64,000 bases of DNA from Cenarchaeum sp. Its GTDB lineage: Archaea; Thermoproteota; Nitrososphaeria; Nitrososphaerales; Nitrosopumilaceae. Where the stretch lies: NCBI GenBank assembly GCA_965212015.1, contig OZ243037.1:384001-448000 (forward strand), written 5' to 3'. Under the pieces are notes generated by a model. That model was not told the origin of the DNA, ran no database searches, and worked only from the letters and a program-made list of their open reading frames with translations. Numbering within the stretch: position 1 is the stretch's first letter; each line of letters begins with the position of its first letter. Both the position numbers and the translations under genes were made by a program. Below, piece after piece: positions 31,110 through 40,041 of the stretch.

Positions 31110-34100
31110 TTATTCGAGCAGCCACAGCAGGTCGTTATCTGCCAGGAACCGCTCGCGCGAGTCCCCGTCTATATCCTGTAGGGTTACGGTCTCGTGCAGG
31201 TCATCAAAGGCGGGCATCGTGTATGCCTTGCCGTACAGCGAGTCGCGCAGATTTTCCATCTGTACGTTGTAGGCTGCCAGCTTTTGGGCAAAGGCGTTGC
31301 AGACGCGCTTGTCCGGATCGTCGCATATCGGCGAGACGGCAATCTTTGGGCCCTCCACGTACGACCACGTGCCAAACGCGTTCTTTGTCCACTGGTGTCC
31401 CAGCTGGTCGGTCCACACGTCTGCAAGCTTGTCGGTCCGAGTCAGGTGCAGCTTTACTGCGTCGCCCTGGTTTGAGTGCCTCTCGCTGAGCTCGTGCGTG
31501 GGGGGCGCGTTTAGCGAGTCGCCAAACACCAGCAGTCCCTCGTTCATATAGTGGGTGGTGCCGCGCCTCTTTGAGTCCAGCGCGTTTATTGCAAACGGCT
31601 CGTCGTACAGCGTCTCGCGGAACAGTACGCCATCTATGCTCAGCCGCACGCACAGCTCGTTTTTGTCTGTAGGCAGGCACTGTACGCGCGATATCTCAAA
31701 GGTGGCGTCCTCGCCTATCACGCGATTCTCGTTTGAATATTCCACAGAGTCTATCATGTACGTGGAGTCCAGGGAATAGTCACGTATCAGGTTTACGTTA
31801 ATCTGCGCCTCTGCAGCATTCAGGGGCGAGCCTATTCCGGGCAGGCCAAAGCCGATGTTAAACGAGCGCAGGCCGTTTTGTGCGTACGCCGTTAGCGTAA
31901 AGTCGTGAAGCGAGTCAGTCTCTATGGTATTGCGTTTGTAATCGACGTGATAGTCAGTTACGTCGCGGCAGACATTGTCCATGGAATAGCCGCAGTCCAC
32001 TATTTTTTGGCCAGTCGTGTACGACTTGCCAAACGTCGGCTTTGTCTTCCACTGCGTGTCGTCATCGCCGCCTCCCGAAGAGACCTGCTGCTGGGCAGTC
32101 TCAGGCGCATCGGCAAACTCGAACCTGTATGACGTAAACACATTCGCATTAACAGGGTCTTCTACAAACCCTACATCAAACGTTATTATTTCAGATCCAA
32201 TAAGGTCATTCGTGCCGGGGGCTATTTGGTAATGGGTGGAATTGAACACGGTTGCAGTGATGTGAGAGTTATCCGTGACGCCATTACCGTCCACGGGCAG
32301 CTGAACGTTACTGATCATAACATTCTCCGCAAAGGCAGCATCCCCCCTGACGACCTGATCTGCAAGATTTATGAGGAACGGCTCAAATCCGGGTGGCAAA
32401 AAGAACCTGCCTACCGGGGATTGTGGAAATCCCACCGGTACGGTTCCGGCAGGATCCGACTCGAATCGGAATAACAGTTGTTCGGGTTGGGGTAGATTTA
32501 CCCCGTCATCCAGGGAAAAGGTAAACAGGGTCTGGCAGTTACAATTGGGACCGGGGGGCGTTACGATGAGACGATCGCCCACTATACTGGCGGTTAACGC
32601 CTGGTTGCTCTGGCCCATTATGGTAACATCAAGGTGGGGCCTGCTGTTGTCAACATCCACAAACAGGTCATCCAGTGGGATGGCAAACCGGTCAGAGGTG
32701 TGGCGCGGTCCAAAAGCCAGGTCCCCTTGCAGTGGCCCGGGTGCCGCGTCAGTGTTAACGGTGACAATTATGTAATTGACCGTCAGGCTGTCATGGAACA
32801 GCGCAATGACCTCTTCTGTAACAATCCTCTCTTCTGTGCCAACCCCCGCGGCCTGGACTACTGCCGGACCGTGCAGGACGGCAGTGAACGTTACAGAATC
32901 CGAGGTGGATGTAAAGTCGGATGTCGGATCATACGATATGGACCCAGAGCCGTTGGATGGGAATATTCTAGTGTGGATTGTGGTCCCGTTCGAGGTCAGC
33001 TCGGGAACAAGGGTGGCGCGATCGGTCTGGTTGATTCGAATCTCCCCCGTTGCAGACGCATTGTTGGCAGTTATTATAATGTGGTTAAACGCCACCGTCG
33101 GGTCTATGGCAAAGTCGTCCCAGTTCAGGACGACATCCGCATCCAAAAGGCCATGGTTTACATTAACTGAGGAGTCCTGAAATATGCCGGACTCGGTCGT
33201 CGGTATGCCCAGCACTAAAACCGTAATAGCCTCACAGGTGGCAGCTGTTGCTATGCCCGGTGCCATGCTTTCGGCGCACAGCCTAGCTACCACTATGCCT
33301 GACGATACCGGATCTATGATCAATATGTTTGATGATGACAAAATGGACAAATCTACGATTCCGGGATCCGGGTTGGTCACATTATACATAATGTCATCGC
33401 CATCCGGATCAACAAAAAACTGGTCCAAGAATACAAGCGTGTTCGCATCCCGGGGACCAACTACATATTCTGCCGGCAGGGTGGAATTGGCGGCCACATC
33501 GGTCTTGTTTACAGTTATATCAAATCCGCCAAAAAACATGCTTCCGTCCTCTAAGGCAAACGTATAGGTTATCGGGATGGGCGGCGACTGTATGCCGGTG
33601 GTCACAAATGTGTCGGATATCGTGTGTCTTGTTCTTTCGTCCGTTTCTTCGTCTATCGTCTGGCTGACTATCTGAAATCCATCTATGAATATTATACCTG
33701 TGGTGTCGTTAAACTGCAGAGGGTCGGCGCCACTCGCTACAAGTTCTTGTATCGACTGTAGATCCAGTTTTTCCAGGTCTACCACCCTAGAAAAATTAAT
33801 TACACTTAGCGGTATTCCCAGCTCGCCGGTTACCACCGGAATAGTGCCCCTGTCGATTGGGGATTCGGTATGGGAGAGGATATACAATGGCAGGGAATTC
33901 AGCGTCTGTCCCTCGTTTATCGACTGGTCAGGGATGCCACTGATCACAGCGGCAGTGCTAGTCGTTACCGTCAAAGGGACTTCGTGTGAGCCGTCACATA
34001 CCCTATACACGATGGTGGCCGGACCGGCATCACCGGTCGGCGTAAAGGCAAGCAGGCCGGTATCGGCATCAAGCGTGGCAGAGCCAGAAACAACGGGGTC

Positions 34101-37100
34101 GCCTGTCGCACTAACAAGGGAATACGTCAGGGTGTCTGCGGCATCGGCATCAACAGTATACAGGGAGAGATCCAGCTGTCCGACATTTGTGGCAAGTGAA
34201 ACGCCCGTGCCGCCTGCGACTACAGGTACCGTGTTGACGGGCCTCGGTTGGTTGTTTATAGTAACGGCATAGTCGCGCGAGACATCATCGGTATCATCGC
34301 CATCAAAGCCGTCATCAGATACCGTAACTGTAAACGATACAGAGCCGGTAGCGGCGCACCTTGCCGGCGTGTCCGTGTTTCTGAAATCAGGCGAGTTGTC
34401 CTGTGGAACCACACCGGAGAGATCTCCCGTGGCGGAATCTATGCTCAGCCAGCCCGGGTTATTCGAGATGCGGTATGTGATCGTATCTGCGTCGCGATCG
34501 GTTGCGGGAATGGCGAGGCCAGAGACGTCGATGCCCTCCTCAAAGAAGCTAAAGGTGGGAGTCCCAAGGACAGGGGCCGAGTTTCGCGTGAATTCGTGTA
34601 TGGTGTTGGCGCCGTCGTTTCTTACAAAGGACATTGTTGTAAGGTCAGTCGAGAACGCAAGGCCCTGTGCCGAATTGGTCGTCCCCAGCGGCTGCGTGGC
34701 CTCTAGGGACAGGGTATTCACGTCATATGCCACACCGAACGTATACGCATGGAGGTCTCTGGCAGTAAGGACGTACATTACCGTGCCGTCATCGTTGACT
34801 GCAAGCGACCTCTGGAATTCTTGAAGTATAGCGGACGTGACAAAGTCGTTTGCATCACCGGATGATACGTCAAAGCCGACGTCGAGCGGAAAGTCATATA
34901 TGTGACCGCCGCCGCTGCCGCTGTCTATCACGTACAGGTGGGTGCCGTCGCGCGAGAATTCCATTCCCTGCGCGCCGGTAGCGGCAGCCGAGATGTCCAG
35001 GTCGTCGTTCAGATAGGTGGGACTTGAAATGTCAAAGGCGCCCCCCAGATCGTACTCTAGTATCTCGTTAGTCGTTTGGCCCAGCACGAACATCTTTTGG
35101 CCGTTAGTCGAGAACTCTAGTGCACGGGGCGTGTCGTTATCGGTTATCGTATATGCCAGGCCGCCGGCTGCCGCCGTGGATGAGTTAAAGTTTGTAGAAA
35201 GCGCATACCGGCGTATCATGTCGTCGCCGTCATTTGTTATAAATATCGCATCGCCGCTGCCTGAGAAATCAATGTCTGCGGCGCCGGTGGGCGTTCTTGT
35301 TATGGAGGAGCTCGAGGTATAGTCGATCATGACATTCAGCGACAGATCAATTGAATAGGCATTCGATGCCTCGTTGCTTCCCGTCGCGTTTGCCGGTATT
35401 GACACCGTTATGGTGGCATCGTCTGCCCCGCGCAGCACGTCAAAGGCGTACATTGTGCCGGAGCCGGTAAGGTTTGACGGCACGTGGGTGCCCATGCTGC
35501 TGAGCACCGTAATATCGTCCAGTTCAAAGTCCGTCACCGGATCGCCAAATTCGACGTTAAACGATGCAATGCCGTCAGCAGCAGTCGCCCCCGGCGGATT
35601 GCTGTCTATTTCCGTCGTAAACGGGTCAAAGACGGAATACCTAAAGATGTCTTTTAGTACGTTTTCGAGTACAAACAGGTGAAGGCCGTTGTCTGCAACT
35701 GCTATACTGTTGGTATCCGTGATGGGAAGCGTTTGGGAACTGCCGCTGTACGATATGGAGGAGGGGGCCACGGTATACTCGTACAACACATTGTCAAATC
35801 CCATGACAAGCATGGCCGTACTGTTGTAAAATGCCACGTCCTGCGGCTGGCGTGGATTATTGCCCAAATTAAGGGATCTGTCGTATGTCACATCGGAGAC
35901 TGAAAAGGGGATTGCCAGCGTGTGCTCGTGGACCTGGCTGGTGGCAGAGGTCAAGCCCTCCACTACAAACAGCTTTGTGCCATCAGATGAAATGGTGAAT
36001 CCGGTGGGGAGCTGTCCCAGATTGGTCAGCGTGTGCGTGTTTACCAGCGTGCGCGGATCTAGGACATATGGCGCATCCAGGGCATATTCATAGAGTATGC
36101 CGATAATTAGATCCATTAGAATCATGGTGCGCCCGTCGTTTGAGAACTCTAGATCCGTTGCGGAAAGACTCTCCGGTACCGAAGACACAAAGTCAAGTGT
36201 GATGTCGCTGTTGGTGTCAGATGTCGTGTTTGCAAAGTCAAACGGCGTGTTTGTCGTGTACCGGGTAATGTCGTTGTCTTCAATTTCCAGGACGAACATG
36301 TGCAGCCCGTCGTTTGAGAATTGTATGGCACTAGGTGAGTCACGAAGCGGCCTCTCAAAGATGGCATCAGGTACGAGGTCGCCCGTGACAAAGGGCGCAA
36401 TCGAATCCGCTATGCGGAGTATTACAGGCTCGAGGTCTGTGCCGTCGGCATTTGTGGCATTGACATTAAAGGAGAACGTGCCTGCGGCGTTTGGCGTCCA
36501 GCTGAATGCGCCGCCGGGCGTTATCGCGGCATCTTCCAGCGCACCGCCGGGCGCAAAGTCCGCCGGCACACCATCAAGTGTGAATCCAGCCGCCGGCCTG
36601 CCCGCTACCTGCCCGAACTGCAGGATGATCTCCTCGTTTATCACGTACTGTGGCTGTATTGCCGGCAGTATGATTATGGGCGGCATGGTACCAGCGGGCG
36701 GGGTAACCGGCGCGTTTGCAAAGTCGTACTGGAATGATTCAGAGGCCGCCGTGTTGGCGTTCCCATTCACGTCCTCGAACGAGCCTGAAAGAACGAATAT
36801 GCTTATGTTCTGATCCGCGGCGGAGTGCACTATCTGAAAGTCATACGTGATGTCAGTCTTCCGTTCGATATTCATCACGGAGTGTGACGCGGAATCACCA
36901 CTCGCATCAATGTCACCTGCGGTAAACGTGCTTTCCATTATGGGCTCGCTGAATGTCGCAGTGAAATTGGCCGTAACCAAGTTCGTGACGGTACTTTCTG
37001 TCACCTGGGTGCTAGAGATTGTAACTGTGGGCGGGGTGTTATCCGGCGCGTTTGCAAAGTCGTACTGGAATGATTCAGAGGCCGCCGTGTTGGCGTTCCC

Positions 37101-38510
37101 ATTCACGTCCTCGAACGAGTTTCCACGAACGAATATGCTTATGTTCTGATCCGCGGCAGAGTGCACTATCTGAAAGTCATACGTGATGTCAGTCTTCCGT
37201 TCGATATTCATTGCGGTGTGTATCGAGGAATCACCACTCGCATCAATGTCACCTGCGGTAAACGTGCTTTCCATTATGGGCTCGCTGAATGTCGCAGTGA
37301 AATTGGCCGTAACCAAGTTCGTGGTGCTACTTTCTGTCACCTGGGTGCTAGAGATTGTAACTGTGGGCGGGGTGTTATCCACTTGGGAAAAAGTGGCGGT
37401 AAATGGAATTGCCGCAGAGTTGAAGTTATTCTGACCCACACTACGCGCCCTGTCTACGGGAATCGACACGGTCAGATCACCGATGGAGGATCCGATACCG
37501 ACGACAAACGTGTACCGGGAGGGGTTGATTTGATTAAAGCTCGATACTTGGGGATCGCCGCCGTTTACGGTACCTGACAGTTCGATCCCCGTTGCGTTAA
37601 ATCCCGTTACAGGCTCGTTGAATCGGACGTCAAATGTTATGGACGATGCGGCCGTGGATGTGCCGTTTGCCAGAGGCGAACCGTCATTGGCCGTGATTGT
37701 CGGGATGGTGGGCAGCGTAAAGGCGGCGCGGAGCGGATACTGGAGGACGGTGTCGGTAGTCGAGGAGACGGTATACATGGTCATGCCGTCAACTGAAAAG
37801 TCTATTCCGCCGTTATTAGTAGATGGCAGGTTAAAAGTGTCAACGGCTGCACCGAGACCGTCCAGGTTAAAGGGCGGATTCAGGTTGAACTGACTAAGCG
37901 TAGTCACACCTATCACAAACAGCCTTGTGCCGTCAGTGGAGATTGCCACGCCGCGAGCACCACCAAGCACGTTTGGATTAAAACTGCTGTCGGCTGCACC
38001 GGCGGAGTCAGGCGTTACATCAAAGGGCGTTGAGAGCCGGTATCCAGAAATACTACCCCCTCCAAGAAACACCCAATCGCCGTTAGCAGAGAATGTAGCA
38101 CCTGTTGCGCCGCCGATGCAGCAGCCGGGGTTTTCGAGCGGAGTGTATGAATTACCACCATCGATGCTGTACGGGACAAGAGCGTTTCGCCCGGTATTTA
38201 GAACATACAAGGTACTCCCGTCATTGGAGACTAGCACGTCCTGAAACTCGAATGCGTGAGAAGAGGGAAAGTTTCCGCTAGCCGTGCCGGGTACGGTGGC
38301 GCTAGCTATGTCAAAGGGGGTACTGAGCGAGAATGTAATGATCTGATTGGTTCCTGAAACATACAATGTCATGCCGTCGTTGGACATGGTCAGCCCCGTG
38401 GGTATGCCTTCAGGAGGATTGACGCTGATGGATGTCTGGGCATAAGCCGAGACTGGGATCAAAACCAACAGTGGCAACAGAAAGGCTACCATCAGCATGC
38501 TCTTTTGCAT
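31110..38510 (-). CDS. Giant secreted surface protein, copy 5 (about 2466 aa)
   Basis: ORF 31110..38522; start placed at MQKSMLMVAF (38510) by homology; same modular architecture as the other copies. Confidence 0.92.
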   Translation of the reverse strand: MQKSMLMVAFLLPLLVLIPVSAYAQTSISVNPPEGIPTGLTMSNDGMTLYVSGTNQIITFSLSTPFDIASATVPGTASGNFPSSHAFEFQDVLVSNDGSTLYVLNTGRNALVPYSIDGGNSYTPLENPGCCIGGATGATFSANGDWVFLGGGSISGYRLSTPFDVTPDSAGAADSSFNPNVLGGARGVAISTDGTRLFVIGVTTLSQFNLNPPFNLDGLGAAVDTFNLPSTNNGGIDFSVDGMTMYTVSSTTDTVLQYPLRAAFTLPTIPTITANDGSPLANGTSTAASSITFDVRFNEPVTGFNATGIELSGTVNGGDPQVSSFNQINPSRYTFVVGIGSSIGDLTVSIPVDRARSVGQNNFNSAAIPFTATFSQVDNTPPTVTISSTQVTESSTTNLVTANFTATFSEPIMESTFTAGDIDASGDSSIHTAMNIERKTDITYDFQIVHSAADQNISIFVRGNSFEDVNGNANTAASESFQYDFANAPDNTPPTVTISSTQVTESTVTNLVTANFTATFSEPIMESTFTAGDIDASGDSASHSVMNIERKTDITYDFQIVHSAADQNISIFVLSGSFEDVNGNANTAASESFQYDFANAPVTPPAGTMPPIIILPAIQPQYVINEEIILQFGQVAGRPAAGFTLDGVPADFAPGGALEDAAITPGGAFSWTPNAAGTFSFNVNATNADGTDLEPVILRIADSIAPFVTGDLVPDAIFERPLRDSPSAIQFSNDGLHMFVLEIEDNDITRYTTNTPFDFANTTSDTNSDITLDFVSSVPESLSATDLEFSNDGRTMILMDLIIGILYEYALDAPYVLDPRTLVNTHTLTNLGQLPTGFTISSDGTKLFVVEGLTSATSQVHEHTLAIPFSVSDVTYDRSLNLGNNPRQPQDVAFYNSTAMLVMGFDNVLYEYTVAPSSISYSGSSQTLPITDTNSIAVADNGLHLFVLENVLKDIFRYSVFDPFTTEIDSNPPGATAADGIASFNVEFGDPVTDFELDDITVLSSMGTHVPSNLTGSGTMYAFDVLRGADDATITVSIPANATGSNEASNAYSIDLSLNVMIDYTSSSSITRTPTGAADIDFSGSGDAIFITNDGDDMIRRYALSTNFNSSTAAAGGLAYTITDNDTPRALEFSTNGQKMFVLGQTTNEILEYDLGGAFDISSPTYLNDDLDISAAATGAQGMEFSRDGTHLYVIDSGSGGGHIYDFPLDVGFDVSSGDANDFVTSAILQEFQRSLAVNDDGTVMYVLTARDLHAYTFGVAYDVNTLSLEATQPLGTTNSAQGLAFSTDLTTMSFVRNDGANTIHEFTRNSAPVLGTPTFSFFEEGIDVSGLAIPATDRDADTITYRISNNPGWLSIDSATGDLSGVVPQDNSPDFRNTDTPARCAATGSVSFTVTVSDDGFDGDDTDDVSRDYAVTINNQPRPVNTVPVVAGGTGVSLATNVGQLDLSLYTVDADAADTLTYSLVSATGDPVVSGSATLDADTGLLAFTPTGDAGPATIVYRVCDGSHEVPLTVTTSTAAVISGIPDQSINEGQTLNSLPLYILSHTESPIDRGTIPVVTGELGIPLSVINFSRVVDLEKLDLQSIQELVASGADPLQFNDTTGIIFIDGFQIVSQTIDEETDERTRHTISDTFVTTGIQSPPIPITYTFALEDGSMFFGGFDITVNKTDVAANSTLPAEYVVGPRDANTLVFLDQFFVDPDGDDIMYNVTNPDPGIVDLSILSSSNILIIDPVSSGIVVARLCAESMAPGIATAATCEAITVLVLGIPTTESGIFQDSSVNVNHGLLDADVVLNWDDFAIDPTVAFNHIIITANNASATGEIRINQTDRATLVPELTSNGTTIHTRIFPSNGSGSISYDPTSDFTSTSDSVTFTAVLHGPAVVQAAGVGTEERIVTEEVIALFHDSLTVNYIIVTVNTDAAPGPLQGDLAFGPRHTSDRFAIPLDDLFVDVDNSRPHLDVTIMGQSNQALTASIVGDRLIVTPPGPNCNCQTLFTFSLDDGVNLPQPEQLLFRFESDPAGTVPVGFPQSPVGRFFLPPGFEPFLINLADQVVRGDAAFAENVMISNVQLPVDGNGVTDNSHITATVFNSTHYQIAPGTNDLIGSEIITFDVGFVEDPVNANVFTSYRFEFADAPETAQQQVSSGGGDDDTQWKTKPTFGKSYTTGQKIVDCGYSMDNVCRDVTDYHVDYKRNTIETDSLHDFTLTAYAQNGLRSFNIGFGLPGIGSPLNAAEAQINVNLIRDYSLDSTYMIDSVEYSNENRVIGEDATFEISRVQCLPTDKNELCVRLSIDGVLFRETLYDEPFAINALDSKRRGTTHYMNEGLLVFGDSLNAPPTHELSERHSNQGDAVKLHLTRTDKLADVWTDQLGHQWTKNAFGTWSYVEGPKIAVSPICDDPDKRVCNAFAQKLAAYNVQMENLRDSLYGKAYTMPAFDDLHETVTLQDIDGDSRERFLADNDLLWLLE
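36709..37380 (-). repeat. Tandem duplication of a 336-bp (112-aa) Ig-like module in copy 5; a single copy occurs in copy 1 at 6017-6352
   Basis: DNTPPTVTISSTQVTES...SFQYDFANAP occurs twice, at 36709-37044 and 37045-37380, and the two units are near-identical. Confidence 0.9.
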
Positions 38511-38577
38511 ATACCGTCCCACCCCGATTGCTTATAAAAGTATACGACCAAGACGGGTGATCGATCAGGTCGTACAT
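38511..38577 (-). promoter_or_regulatory. Core promoter of copy 5 with a short interrupted G4-T-G3 tract
   Basis: TATACTTTTATAAGCAATC-GGGGTGGG-ACGGTAT-ATG; palindrome TGATCGATCA at 38558-38567. Confidence 0.72.
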
Positions 38578-38829
38578 GCGGCAGTATCTTGATCCGCCGG
38601 CATATGGATTCCGGCCGAACTTTCCCCTCAAGCTCCCACGATCCCATATGACCCGATCTGCACCCATGCCGTCTCGCTCCCACGGAATTTTACGGATTTA
38701 CAGGAAATGATCCGCCGCATTTTTGTACCATGGCCGTTGGGCGCAGATACGGCGGTGTGTGCAAGTTCTAGCTGGAACTGCCGGTATGCATGGGTTAAAA
38801 CCTGCGCCGGGATAAATCAGGTAGTTTGT

Positions 38830-38888
38830 GTAACCGGTTAGGTTCGGTGCCTGCGGATCCAAATATCCCTCTTGAAGCTAACCGATTA
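38830..38888. repeat. Inverted second copy of the about 60-bp element at 7551-7610
   Basis: Its reverse complement matches 7552-7610 with 3 mismatches. Confidence 0.8.
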
Positions 38889-38938
38889 GCAGTTTGTGAC
38901 AGAGCGGTTTTTATAACTACCATCCAGACCAGCATCTG

Positions 38939-39739
38939 TTGATCTCCGTGGCAATTCCCGACTCGTGTCTGGTCGACGAATCCACCAGGCTGGACAAGTC
39001 CAGAAAGATTTCAAGCATCGCCAGGTCGTGTGCAATCTTTGGGATAGACCACATATACATATACGACAACGGGGGATCCGAACAGGACAAAAACCTGCTT
39101 GTCACGATTTTAAAATACCTAGAGACGCCGCCTTTTTTGCGAAAGAGGCTTTTTGCCAGGGTAAACGAGCTAAAATACGCCGGGGTGCTCAGCCCGCTAA
39201 AGATTCCCAGCCACGTGACTCCCACAAACCCCAAAAAGATCTCCGGCGGCGACATCAGGGAGGGAATCATAATGTCATACAAGGGCAGAAGATTCGTAGA
39301 TGTGGGAATAAACCAGCTGATTGCATACCACGGATCAAGGGAGCTCGGAAAGAGGGCAACCATACAGTTCAAGTCGGGATTTCCCGAGCTTTCAATCAAG
39401 GAGGTCTCAAGGCAGGATGCGGCACAATACTGGGGATACCAAGTCCGCCAGAGGGCGCTGTCCGGTCTGGTCACAAGCTGGGAGGGAAAGATGATTCTCA
39501 CATCCAGAAAGGGCAAGGCCGCAGGACTCCAGGCGGTGCGCGAGTACGCAGGATATGCGGGGCCCGTACTAGTGGTGTTTGGCTCCACGGACATGGGGAT
39601 ACACGAGATTCTCGGCGGTACGATCAAGCAGGTACAAAACGCGCGGGTTTTGAACTTTTTTCCCGATCAAAAGACCGAGACAGTACGTCTGGAAGAAGCG
39701 GTGCTCGGGGTGCTGTCAATACTTGGATCAGGGGTATGA
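38939..39739 (+). CDS. SPOUT-family RNA methyltransferase (DUF171/MTH1-like)
   Basis: SVAIPDS, YLETPPFLRK, LKYAGVLSPL, YWGY and NFFPDQKTETVRLEEA motifs; TTTTTATAA about 23 nt upstream of the TTG start. Confidence 0.88.
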   Translation: MISVAIPDSCLVDESTRLDKSRKISSIARSCAIFGIDHIYIYDNGGSEQDKNLLVTILKYLETPPFLRKRLFARVNELKYAGVLSPLKIPSHVTPTNPKKISGGDIREGIIMSYKGRRFVDVGINQLIAYHGSRELGKRATIQFKSGFPELSIKEVSRQDAAQYWGYQVRQRALSGLVTSWEGKMILTSRKGKAAGLQAVREYAGYAGPVLVVFGSTDMGIHEILGGTIKQVQNARVLNFFPDQKTETVRLEEAVLGVLSILGSGV

Positions 39740-39840
39740 AAGGCGACAGGTTTTTTCTTTTGGCAATAGCCGTGGGCATTGCAGGGGTGGTCATCGGGGG
39801 GATCAGCTTGTGGAAGATAATCGGCGATTTTCAGCCGTGA
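39736..39840 (+). CDS. Small single-TM membrane protein (34 aa)
   Basis: MKGDRFFLLAIAVGIAGVVIGGISLWKIIGDFQP; ATGA overlap with the upstream stop codon. Confidence 0.55.
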   Translation: MKGDRFFLLAIAVGIAGVVIGGISLWKIIGDFQP

Positions 39841-39843
39841 GGT

Positions 39844-40041
39844 TCAGTCCGCCGTGCGCCCGGACGCCCTGCCTCGCGGCCCGGATCTGAGCCTGGTCTT
39901 GCAGCACGGGCACATTATCTCTTTTGTGCTAAAGAACATGGCACACAGCGAGCACCATTTCTGCCCTATTTTGTACCGGAGATGGCCTGCAAAAGACTCG
40001 GCCCGGAACCGCACGCACACCCCCTTGCATGTCTGTGTCAA
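39844..40041 (-). CDS. Small Cys-rich zinc-ribbon protein (about 65 aa)
   Basis: CKGVC...RYKIGQKWCSLC...CPCCKTRLR; TTG start with TTAAATA about 25 nt upstream. Confidence 0.7.
   Translation of the reverse strand: MTQTCKGVCVRFRAESFAGHLRYKIGQKWCSLCAMFFSTKEIMCPCCKTRLRSGPRGRASGRTAD

Noticed and set aside
104-38244. Numerous + strand ORFs of 60-350 aa across the array
   Set aside because: They are antisense shadows of the giant minus-strand genes, recur wherever the modules recur, and have no motifs of their own.
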